A stretch of DNA of 64,000 nucleotides from Callorhinchus milii (taxonomy: Eukaryota): assembly GCF_018977255.1 (NCBI RefSeq), contig NW_024704742.1:58530001-58594000 (forward strand), read 5' to 3'. The notes below the pieces were generated by a model that saw nothing but the letters and a program-made list of their open reading frames with translations, had not been told where the DNA came from and did not search any database. How positions within the stretch are numbered: position 1 is the stretch's first letter; the number at the start of each line of letters is the position of its first letter. This document shows, one piece after another, positions 53,046 to 64,000 of this stretch. Both the position numbers and the translations under genes were made by a program.

Positions 53046-53931
53046 AGCTGATCTTAACCAACGATATACCACAAATCCCAAAGAGATAAGTAACTAACTA
53101 ATTTGAATTTGGGGATAAATTTGGACTTGGAGTGACCCACTGTGTAAACTGGAAGATAGACTCCACATTTTTTTGAAATAGCAACTAGTCAGTGGCCTGA
53201 TTTACAAGGCAAAGCAACCAAAAATTTGGAACGTGATCAAAAATGGGATGACAATGGAGAACAAAATTATAAAACTGCATAAATAAACAATTTGTTATGT
53301 AGGCAAAAGCAGCATTAATACGGTCAACTGAACTCAATTAAAAAAAACACAGAAAAGGACCATCCATTCTGCATGTGCACATTTTATCTGGGTCAGGTTC
53401 TGCATTTAGTCTGGGGATGCCGTTATAAGGTTGAATAGCACTTGCGAATTCCTCTCAGACATGAACCAAGCCAGGCAGAGGGCTCAATGAAGCCACAAAC
53501 TGGAAAAGCTCATCCTGCTTCCGGTTGGAATATATCCCAGCAACAAAGCCTTGTCAAATCAGGAAGGTTGTCTTTTTATTTGTTTGTAGAGATCAACAGA
53601 TCCGTTTGACACATGTAGGAGAGGCTATATTTCTGGGTCCTTTACCATTCCGTTCCTCAGTAAATGTAACTGTGGGTGTTGTTAAGCTGATCTTAACCAA
53701 CGATATCCCACAAATCCCAAAGAGATAAGTAACTAACTAATTTGAATTTGGGGGTAAATTTGGACTTGGAGTGACCCACTGTGTAAACTAGAAGATAGAC
53801 TCCTCATTTTTTTTAATAGCAACTAGTCAGTGACCTGATTTACAAGGCAAAGATACCAAAAATTTGGAACGTGATCAAAAATGGGATGACAATGGAGAAC
53901 AAAATTATAAAACTGCATAAATAAACAATTT
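53046..53931. repeat. Spaced direct repeat: 53046-53293 and 53685-53931 (~248 bp, about 9 differences)
   Basis: Direct alignment by eye from agctgatcttaaccaacgatat to aaataaacaattt. Confidence 0.95.
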
Positions 53932-54814
53932 ATAATAGTATATTGAAGTTTATAATAAGATACACCCTTTGCAGACATTCACCCACAAAACACACAGTAA
54001 CTCCACTTTACAGCAAAATATCCTCTGAAGTCCTTATTCTAAGTGCAAACCAGGTTAGTAAATTTACTGATACATAGAGAATAATATGCATTCGCTGTGA
54101 GGTTGGTAAATTTACCAAGGGAAGAATTTCCCCTCACCCTAGAGTTTAATCAACAATAACTTGCATTTATATAGTGCCCTTTCCGGGGGCTAACATCATC
54201 AGCTCTTTGGAATGGATCAGCTGTTGGGTGTAGAGACCCCCTCTGATACTCCAAATGAAATTTTAGCTGCTAACAATTTATACTTTTGAACGATTGTGTC
54301 TGTGCTGGCTCTTTGAAAGTGCAGTCTATTCAATCCAATTTGCTTGCCTTTTCCCCATATCCTGCCAAATTACTGTTTTTTAGATATAACTATTCAGCTC
54401 CCTCTCAACCACCACACTCAAGCAGGGCATTTGACATCCTAAAAAAATCCTCCTAATTTCCCCTTTGATAATTATATTAAATTGATATTCTCCAGTTACT
54501 GAGTAATTGACCAGTGGAAATATTATAGGCTGTACTGTAAACAGTAAGTCAAATAAATAGGGTCTACTGCAAAACTGAACCGAAATATATTTTCCTTCTC
54601 ATAGAACATAAACAAAAAAGGGATAAACTGACAGAATTTTTTTTTAAACTATAGTAATTATCTTTGATCTTGAGGTTACGCCTTATTATTTTGCCAAAAT
54701 ATCTTAAAATACTTCACAGGATTTTATTGCAAAATGTTGTGACTGTGTGTCTGTAGGCGAATGAAAAATATAAATGCCTGCATAAAGGACTGCTCTAATT
54801 ATGTTATACAATGT

Positions 54815-55190
54815 ATAATAATAATAATCCTTGCATTTGATTAATGCCTTATCATGTCATTGAGACATTTCAACGCACTTCACGGAATATACTGAAAAGT
54901 GAATTGACTGTATATTTTGTGTGCAAAACGTAGCAGCCAATTGCACACAGCAGTGTCCTACAAATACTCCTGGATTGAGTGACCAAATTATCATTATTTA
55001 TTTTTGAAGGGATTATTACAGCCGGAAAGTGATCCGCCAATCGATTAACAACCTGGTTCCCGCTTACTGATAGGTCAATAGAGGTGTGTGCAGTAAGCAA
55101 ACTTGCCTAAGGTTTCGTCCTGCCTGGGAACTGAACCCAGGTCCTCTCGCTTGTGAGCCGAGTGCCCTAACCAATACGCCATAGGACTCC
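54815..55190 (-). mobile_element. Full-length tRNA-derived SINE, long subfamily
   Basis: Reverse complement is colinear with 28907-29289, including the gattggcggatc block. Confidence 0.88.
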
Positions 55191-56419
55191 ACATGTAATC
55201 AAATAATTTTCAATTACAATCTCCTCAATGAGAAATAGCAAAGTCAATGAGTCATAGAGTGCTATCTTGGTATTTAAGCACTCCCAGCTTAAATACGAGT
55301 AGGCACAATGATAATTGAGTGCATCATGCGCTCATAACTAAAAATAGCAAATGTTTCAATATCTACATAAATATCCCATTATAAACATAAAGAAACGATC
55401 ACAACTTTAGGGATCGCCGAACAGTGGACACCAACAATCGTCAACCGAACCCTTTAGAAGTACGTACCCACCAACATCAATGCCACCTCCTGGCTCAACT
55501 TCTCAATGTCCTCCTTGCTGGCCCCTCGGCTCAATGATCTACCATCTCAATTTCATCCAAACCTAATGCCAAAATTTCACCTGCTTGTAACTTTACATCT
55601 CCATGACTTCCATTCTGGCCAGCTGCACTGGCTTCCTGTCATCCAACAGGTCAACTTCAAGGTCCTTACCCTCAAATCCCTTTACACTCTCACCACTCCC
55701 TCCCCCCGCCACACCTCTGTAAGGATTGCTGAATAATGCAAATTTGCAAAGGACCGTCCTGTAGAAACTATCTGGATGCTTTGGCTGCCATATTAAGGTG
55801 TGCAGCTGGAGTTTTAGAAATGGAATTAAAATGGATGAGACACAATAATCAAAAATGAGTGCTTGTTAAAACTTATATTGACACAAATTCTACATTTTTG
55901 GATCTGACATTGAGTCACCTCATCTCTCATAAGCAGAATTGTAAAATGATCATTAAGGCATTAAAGCACTTTCCAATGTGGGAACATAATAGGGGTCCTT
56001 CATCCAGATTACCCTCTGTAACTGGTGGGAGTCGACTGAGAATTTACTGGAGGCTGTCAGAGGCTGTCAACACACAGAGACAGTTAAGCATCCTGCACTA
56101 ATTTAAATTTGAACTGAGGTTTGCATGGGTGAAAGCTAGCAGCAGTATCTAATGGCTAACTGCACTGCCTATACCCTGGGGTCTCGCAAGGCAAGTTTCT
56201 TATAAGTGATGCATCGACAGCTGTGAGGCATGTTCTTTCTGCAGCACAGCACATACAGATGCCTTATTTGCGAAGAAGTTCAGTTCTAGGGTGAAAAAAT
56301 TACTCACAATGCTTGCAGAGCCTGCATGTTAGAACATTAACTGGAGAATTAAATTGAGATAGCCTAGTTCTGAAACATCTGGGCTTAATTTTGTTTATTT
56401 TTTAAAAAATTGGAGTGTC

Positions 56420-56675
56420 ACATTCAAAACCCTTCAATGCCTCATCCCACCGTACCTCTGTGACCTCCTGCAACGTTACCACCCAGGCCGCTCCCTTCGT
56501 GCAGTGAGTACAAGCCTGCTTCATGTCTCCTGCTTGACCCACCCCACTATCAGTGGATGAGCTTTCAAACCATTCTGCCCTGCTCTTTGAACTCCATCCC
56601 GGAGTCCCCTTATCTCTAGATCTCGCCCTTTCTTTCCCCGTCTATAAAGCCCACCTTAAGACCTTTCATTTTTAC
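56420..56675 (+). mobile_element. L2 3' fragment, tail-to-tail with the neighbouring L2
   Basis: Resembles the L2 3' coding end (cccaccgtacctctgtgacctcctg...cccaccttaagacc). Confidence 0.7.
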
Positions 56676-56677
56676 CA

Positions 56678-57805
56678 CAACAAAATTACATCAGTAAAGC
56701 ACCTTTCACATTGGGAGGGCATCCCAAGGCGTTGGACAATCAGTGTTCCTGAGCTGGGGGACGGGATCGGGAATGGTGGAGGGCAGGGGGGGAAGCAAGG
56801 TGATCAAAAGCACAGTCGAAGAGGAAGGTCTTGAGATGCTTGTTGAAAGGAGGCAAGGGAAGAGGCGAGGAGGAGGGACTGCAGGATGGAGTTCCAGAGG
56901 GCGGGGGAAGAATGGCTGAAGGCCATGAACTGTCTAAGACAGTTTAGAGTCAAACAAGTTGCCAAGGTTCTGGACTGACTCATGAGGTGGAGTGTGCATC
57001 TTTAGATGGTGATGCTGTCCGTGTCTGAGATGTGGAGGATCTCGGTGTTGTTGGCGTTCAGCTGCAGAAAGCTGGCTCTCATCCAGGACTTGATGTCTGA
57101 CAGACATTCTGTCAGGACAGCAGTGGTCCTGGAGTTGATGGTGGAGGCAGAGAGATAGAGTTGGGTGTCATCTGTATACATGTGGAAGTTGACCACATGT
57201 CTGTGGATTACGTCACCAAGAGGGAGCAGATAGATATTGATGAGGAAGGGACCAAGGACAGAGCCCTGAGGAATGCTGCACGAAATGTTGCGGGGGCCAG
57301 AGGAGAAGCCATTTGTGGAGATCAAGTAGAGATGGTGTGAGAGGTAGGATCTGAACCATTCAAGGACAAAATCATGATGGTTGAGGTGAGGAGAGGCAGT
57401 GGAGGAAGATTGAGTGGTCAACGGTATCAAAGGCAGCATAGAGGTCAAGGAAGATGAGGAGGCAGAGGGAGCCCTGGTTACAGATGGACAAAATGTCATT
57501 TGTCACTTTGACCAAAGCTGTTTCTGAGCTGAAGGAGGCACAGAAACCTGATTGGTGGATTCATGGTGGGAGAGGAAGGAGCTAACCTGGGAAGCAACGA
57601 CTCGTTCCAGGACCTTGGAAAGAAGGTTGGAGTTGGGGCGGTAATTTGAGAGCAGGGATGGTTCCAGGGAGGGTTTTTTAAGGATAGGAGTGATGACGAC
57701 AGTTCTCAAAGGGGTGGGAACGGTGCCAGTGGACAGGGAGAGGTGAGGTTTGAGGTGCTGAGGCCCTGGGTAATCACTAGGTCAAGCAGGTGGTCATGGA
57801 CATGT
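56678..57805 (-). mobile_element. Degraded L2 LINE (endonuclease end, RT and 3' tail; internally deleted)
   Basis: Peptide remnants [39 protein letters not shown] and YTDDTQLY. L2 tail near 56680. Confidence 0.88.
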
Positions 57806-57814
57806 TTTCTACAA

Positions 57815-58262
57815 AAACAATAACAGCTTGCATTTATGTAGTGCTCCTCACGCAGGGCATTTAAATAGTCCAGCCGGGAAGTGACAAAGGCGTGGAAGAG
57901 GGTTTCAGCGACATCGGTTGTGAGGTATGGACGGAGGTGAGCAAAAGCGGGTCCTAGTCAAGGAAAGGATGTGGGGTAGAAAGGAAAGCTGGGGATCGAA
58001 TCTGACATCTAAGTTGCACACGGGATCGGAGAGTCTGAGGGAGAGCCCGAGGAGGTTGAGGAGTTCAGACCTGCAGGAGAGAAGACGATGACGGGAGCCA
58101 AAGAGTATGGCTTCCGTCTTGCTGACATTCTACCGTGATATTGATCACCTTCCCCTCTCCCACTACCCCCCACAAACTCGGGTTCCCAATCAGCTCTGTG
58201 AAGCGTTTTGAGGCGTCCGTCCGATATGAAAGGCACATTGTTAATGTAAAATTGTTGTTGTA
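57815..58262. mobile_element. L2 fragments: minus-strand piece 57815-58125 and plus-strand 3' tail 58140-58262
   Basis: ETLFHAFVTSRLDY-like remnant on the minus strand. Tail gtgaagcgttttgaggcgtcc...gttgttg on the plus strand. Confidence 0.7.
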
Positions 58263-59659
58263 ATTTTCTCCCCACTGGCCTCTGCTCCCTGTCTGACCTC
58301 CTTTTGCTGGGGTGCAGTCCGCTGAGGCTGGTACTCTGCCCAAGTGGCCATTGTTCAAGGGTGAGTTTGACCTCTGCACCCAGTTGCCACGCAGGTGGTA
58401 ATAGAGAGGAAGAGGAACCAGAATGAAGAACCCCAGCTATTAATGATTGACATAAAAAAGAGACACGAAGGGGCCCAATTAACAGCGTTCACAGACTGGA
58501 TTAATTGCCTTAAACACATTTTGTTTGGTGAAATTTGCAGTCAGCAAATCATGAATTCCAAGTCAGCAAAATAGTTAGTTTTGCCCACAACTTACACGGT
58601 CATTCCACTTTACAATATATTTTGTGAAGCTCTTTGAGACATCTCAACGGCGTGATAAGGCACTATATCAAGTACAAGGATTATTATATTACATTATTGT
58701 TATATAGTAAAGTCCACAAAGAACATTTCCTGCCAGCGACAGGCTTGCTGGCTTTTATTTACACTTTGCTGCTGCCTGTGACTGATGCAAATCTGAAATC
58801 CCAAACTGCAATAAAGACAACAAATCCACTTTGTGAATATTGCAATATCAGATCCCGGTTTTCTAGTTATAATCCACCACATGACAAACCACCGCAACAG
58901 CCCTATTATACAACAATGTACCTTTAAGTGCCCACGAGAATTTAGACATCCATTCTGCAAGCTGGTTTTCACAATAAGCGCTGTCAAAAGGAGTTTAACC
59001 TTGCTCTCATAGGTCCATCAGCTGAGCAACCGCAACAGAATGGTTGAGCACACAGCAAAAGCTCTAACTACAAAAAAAAATCAATGATAATTGAGGCTAT
59101 CTCATCACCCATAACAACCCGACTGCTCCAGCCAACTGTGGCCATTAAAGCGATCACTAAAGAACAAAAAAAGTATTGTGTGGTGCAGCCCCCAATACAA
59201 GGGTGCTGTAAGGCAGCCTATTTGCAGAAAACAAATTAACTACGCTTCGTGGAGTACGACTTTAGTCGCCCTGTGTAGCCTGTATGGCAAATATACTGAA
59301 AGAATTATTATTGAACAATATCTCCTTTAAAACTGCAGCCAGTATCCAATCATCTACCTGTCAAGTTCATCAAAAGCAAAGCAGATGAAAATCTCTGTGT
59401 ATCCAGGGTTGATACAGAGGCAGGGTTGATTGTCGAAGCATTATGAAACACACACGTAAAGAGAGAGTGTATATCCAAAAGCAACCAACATCATTCTTTC
59501 TCTCTACTTCTCCACTTCTCCACAAGAGTCGACAGAAAAGCTGTTAAATCTAATAAGGGGCAACGTGCACAGAAACATGCAAATTCCATTGTAAACTAAA
59601 GGCAGTTCTGATTTTCAGCAAAGTAATTTTGTTGCAACTAGTGTAGTTTCTTTCTTCCA

Positions 59660-59880
59660 ATTTGCTCCCCTCTGCTGAAGGCAGTGACTCATGATTTCAC
59701 AAACACTCAGCGGTTTGGCGAAGTACCCATTCTTCATGTGAGAGCTCAGACAGTGAGTGTCAGTTGACTATTCAACTGCGGGTGACGTCCCAGACGGACT
59801 TGACCCAGGCTTCACCCAAACTCCACATACCAGTCTCCTTCCCTGAACCACGTGACTCAGTGCTGCAGCACGCCTCGCCT
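59660..59880 (-). mobile_element. Ancient degenerate SINE-like repeat (tentatively AmnSINE2-like)
   Basis: Core ccattcttcatgtgag..cagacagtgagtgtc..gactattcaac. Related remnants at about 20105-20270 (-), 45310-45530 (-), 47480-47660 (+) and 60170-60400 (+). Confidence 0.5.
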
Positions 59881-60469
59881 TACACTCTGAGGCACTGGAG
59901 TAACTTTCACCAACAATATAAAATCAGTTTGTCTTTTAACAGTGGTTGCTCAGTATTTGCAAATGTGCACACTGTGCTAGTGTTCAAGCACATTGCTGTC
60001 AATTTAGGACACTATCATCCTCCTCTCACACAATGGAAGTTTCTGTACTTCCTGCGACGTGTAGTAACTGTGGCGATGTGCGCTAAGACAGAGAACTTTC
60101 TCACCCTCTGAGACAGATGTCAAACACTTTGGTTGCAACCTATAAAACATAGCATTCTAATGCCATACAGTTCATCAGATTTCAGGTTCAAATCTTAGAT
60201 GGAGCACTGCGGTTAGGAAAATTAAATCGGTTTGGTTCCCTCTCCTAACTGAGAGACCCTTTTGGAAAGGTGTGGGGCAGAGCACGCATGACTGTGATGC
60301 CCCATGAACAAGTTGTCTCCTGACACTCACTGTCAGACTCACTGCTTGGATTAATTGCCAGAGGGAAAGCAGGGCCCATGGAACAACCAGCTATTAGGAA
60401 ATAATTGTCAGGTGTACAGTATAGCCTATGTTTACTAGGATAATATCAGGGCTGTCATGTTACCCCTAG

Positions 60470-60835
60470 CAGGAAAGATTGGATAGGTTTGGTCTTTTTC
60501 AATAGAGAAGAGGGGTCGTAGTAGAACAGTTTAAAATTATGAAAGGATTCGATGAGGCTGGCATAAATAGGCTGTTCCCACATATTGGCAAATTCGTAAC
60601 CAGGGACACAAGCATAAGACAGTGACTGGTTGGATCTAAAAGAGAATTTCAGAGGAACTTCTTCACATAGAGGGAAGTGAGATTTATGGAACTCATTGCC
60701 CAAAGCGAAGGCTGAAGCAGAATACAAGGATATGGGAGGAGCAAGGAGCATTGCAGATTCATATGGAGTATAAAACATGGCATGCACTGGCTGGATCAAA
60801 TAGCTTGTTTCCGTGCTATATAGCCTGAGTAAATC
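60470..60835 (+). mobile_element. Degenerate CR1 3' fragment
   Basis: FKIMKGFD...LFPH...TRD remnant and a CR1-type 3' UTR. Confidence 0.65.
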
Positions 60836-61910
60836 TATGTACATGTGAGTAGGAGACGAGGTGAGAACAGTGGGGGAAGTGAATATTGGAGCCTAATTTG
60901 TGCCATCTACAAATCTGATCACTCTACTAATTGCGAAATCCAATTTGCGAATTGCAAAAGCCCCCAAAACACACAGCATTGGCCACAACTGGAAATCATG
61001 AGAACTAGTACGAAAAGGAGATGTTTTAGGCCAAAATATGGTTTGTGTGAACAGGACATGGCAGGGGGACTTCTTCAAATAGTGCAGCAGGAGGAAAAGT
61101 CACTGTGCAGATTAACTAAATTCTGGGCAAAGTATCATGAATATAATGGGGTGACCAGGCAGAGCTTACAGGAGGCAATATACATAAATTGGACCTTCTC
61201 ATCCCTGCATCTGGTGAACTAGATAGTTTATCAATAAAAACAGGAAGTTAAATCTCCAATCTGTACTTTTATGGTTTTCTTAAACTGCACTCCACTGCAC
61301 TAGCCAGCTTCCTGAGGTTAGGAGTACATCGCAGGATAATGAGATTTACTGTTTTAATACATACATTGCTCTATGCCTATTTTGTTTAAAAAAACTCATT
61401 CAATTTATATGCAAGCTAAAACAATCCCCAGCTTCCAAATTAAGATTGAATTGAAGGAGTACAGTCACTGCAAGAGGCTTAAATTAGACGCCTTTTGCTA
61501 AATTCAAAAGCAGCGTCATTGTCCTTGCTCCTCACCTCTAATTCCAAAGCTTTTGAAGAATGAAAGTGTTTTTCTTTCACCAAAGGTCATAAAATTCAGG
61601 AAGCAATAACCACAAAACAGATAAAACATCCAGGTGCTTTAAAGAGTGACTGAATCAAGCCTTGGAAACAGAGCGCAGAGATGAAAAGAAAATCTGTGAA
61701 TGGTGGAAATTCACAGCAGGATAATAAGCATCTCAAAGAGAAATTAGAGGCTGATGCTTTGTTTTTGTCAGCCGGGTATCTGACACACATGGAAACCCAT
61801 CATCATGCTGAAGAGTATCCAAAGCAGACTAAGTATTCCACATACATAGAACCCCAGGCAAGTTTTCTTACTCTACACACCTCTGTTTACCTTGCAGTAA
61901 GTAGTAAACA

Positions 61911-62226
61911 GGAGTCCTGTAGCTCAGTGGTTAGAGCACTCGCTTTGCAAGTGAGAGACCTGAGTTCAATTCCAGGCAGAGGGCGAAACCTTGGGCAAGT
62001 TTCCTTACTCCACACGCCTAATAATAATCCCTCCAAAAAAAGGCAGTCATAAATTGGTCATTTTCAATCTATGACTGTTTGTGGGACATTGCTGTGCGCA
62101 ATTGGCTGCTGCATTTTGCCCACAAAATATACAGTCAAATCACTTTACAGTATATTCTGTGAAGCGCTTTGAGACGTCTCATCAACACGATAAGGCGCTT
62201 TATCAAACACAAGGATTATTTTTATT
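61911..62226 (+). mobile_element. Full-length tRNA-derived SINE (apparently chimeric)
   Basis: Head is essentially identical to the 44252 copy. The tail carries long-subfamily diagnostic bases. Confidence 0.9.
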
Positions 62227-64000
62227 AAATAAATGCCACTTAGCATGGAGTTTCCACTATGTATGGAATGTGCTCTCTCTTCGCCAAAGGGGTGCCCCCT
62301 GATTACTTAATTCTGGAAAGTATTGGGCAACAACAACAACAACTTGCATTTATATAGCTCCCTTCACGCAGCCTGGAGCGCTTAAGAGTGGTGGAGCACG
62401 ACTGACCTTAGGCACAGGTTGCTGAGAACCAAGATCTTGGGACAGTATTGCTTTAGGTGAGGCATTTCATCAGGACAGAAGTAAATTTAAACCGAATGAA
62501 GAATATCCCCATTTTTTCCTGGCATGGAGATCATTCACTGTTGAAATTCTTTTTTGGATCACTTAAAGAGTGTAATAAGACCATTGTGTTTTTTTTCAAA
62601 AAACAATCTTTTGCTAAAAATGGCAGACAGTGAAACCCAATGATTTATACTGCACATTCAGCACCAAGGCAATATACTTTTGTGTCAAATTGGAACTAAA
62701 AATGGAGTATAAATCAGGATTTGGGGACATCGATTCAATTCCAAACTCCACTCTCAAACCCCAAACCATAGCAATAGCGTTTGAATAGAATCCTTGCCAT
62801 CCAATGCAAGATAATTCCCATTCAAAATGCAGCTGATTCCTTTTAAACTTTAAAATGCCATGGCTTTTTAATATCATTAGAGAGTCTGTCATGAACCAGG
62901 CTCTTAAATAACTTTACAAATGAGCCTGTGTACCCAACATTAACTTAATCATCTGCAGAGCTCTCCTCTGTCTCCCTCCCCTGATGATGATTGTTAGTGA
63001 TAACGTATATATATATATATATGGTATAACACATGCTAAGGAGTTAGTAGGTGAATTGTATTCCTTTTTTTTATGGATTCCATGAGACAATGACACCATG
63101 ATGATGCCTGATGATGTCCACAGTAAAGGATTAACAATTGGAAGGTAATGACTGCATGGTTATCGAGCCGTTTATAGTAAATAACAAGGTTAGTGAGTAT
63201 GTTAACATTTTCATTCCATCTTCTAAGGCTTTCTGTGTCTTGCTGAAAGGCTGAGAACGCAACCTTCGGTGAAGCTTCTGCGAGTGAAAGTCACCCAAAG
63301 AAGTCACACACTTTGAGGAGGGAGACGACTAAAAAAGAAAATTGGCAGAGAGAGAAAACCCCTCACCAGTTCCCTATTTGATTGTGAATTTGTAACCTTT
63401 CCTGATCTGTACAGCTCAGTGATACCACAGCACCCAGCAAGCTTTGCTTTTGTCCTTTACAGTATCATTGCTAAGCTGCACTGTGCACTGGAGTCTGCCA
63501 TTGCAATTGATAATGAAACAAGTGAAAAATCTTCCAACTTTCCCTTTAACTTGCAGTAACAATCATCTCTTCAAATAATACCCTAAAACCTACCCCTTCG
63601 ACTGTGCTTACGTTCACTGGCCCCTTTCCTCTCTTTCTTGTTTTATGTCTGTGCTCATCATTATTAAGCACTCTGAGGTGTTATACTATGTGAAAGGCAC
63701 TATATAAATGCAAGTTGTTGTAGATCTTTTCTTAACCGGTTCAAGTAGAAACACAGACTGAATGTTTTGAGTTTTTGCTTGGAACCGCTGTATCTCTTCA
63801 ACTAAATGGACACCTGGATGGCTCATTCCTGTTGCTCTGACATTATGCATGACATGAACAGAACTAATTGCTTCCTCTGTGTGCATGGCAAACAAGACCT
63901 ATGTACAACCCTAATGATATATTTTAATTTCCTTCAATTTAATTACGTTACAATATACATACGGCTCTTAATTCCCTTCTAATTGCGCTTGATAAAGCTA

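Noticed and set aside
61911..61985. tRNA-Ala(TGC)-like sequences here and at the heads of the other SINEs
   Set aside because: No proper acceptor stem, and each runs into a SINE body and tail. They are SINE heads, not tRNA genes.
46089..64000. Upstream TENM3 intracellular exon or an alternative promoter
   Set aside because: No WVLGSNVPLESR-like exon and no CpG island seen. Small CpG patches (e.g. 51790-51830) are too short to call.

Overview
This is eukaryotic (vertebrate) genomic DNA, not microbial. The whole window lies inside one teneurin gene, best matching teneurin-3 (TENM3/ODZ3), transcribed on the minus strand. Eight internal coding exons can be spliced by eye through canonical AG/GT sites into one open frame (1,463 nt, about 487 codons). 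They encode the end of the intracellular domain, the transmembrane helix, the extracellular linker/Ig-like region and EGF repeats 1-7. The gene start lies beyond position 64000 and the rest of the gene lies below position 1. The introns hold two subfamilies of a tRNA(Ala)-headed SINE with an L2-type tail, older Deu-domain and other ancient SINEs, L2 and CR1 LINE fragments, a small MITE family, local duplications and several repeat-free blocks that look like conserved enhancers. The repeat content suggests a cartilaginous fish, possibly a chimaera (inference). Almost all ORFs in the supplied track are noise or repeat-derived. I found no convincing new biological system. The most unusual structures are an inverted MITE segment that appears to have been copied from its neighbour, a 248-bp spaced direct repeat, a chimeric SINE, a duplicated SINE tail, and a few splice and protein peculiarities of this TENM3.
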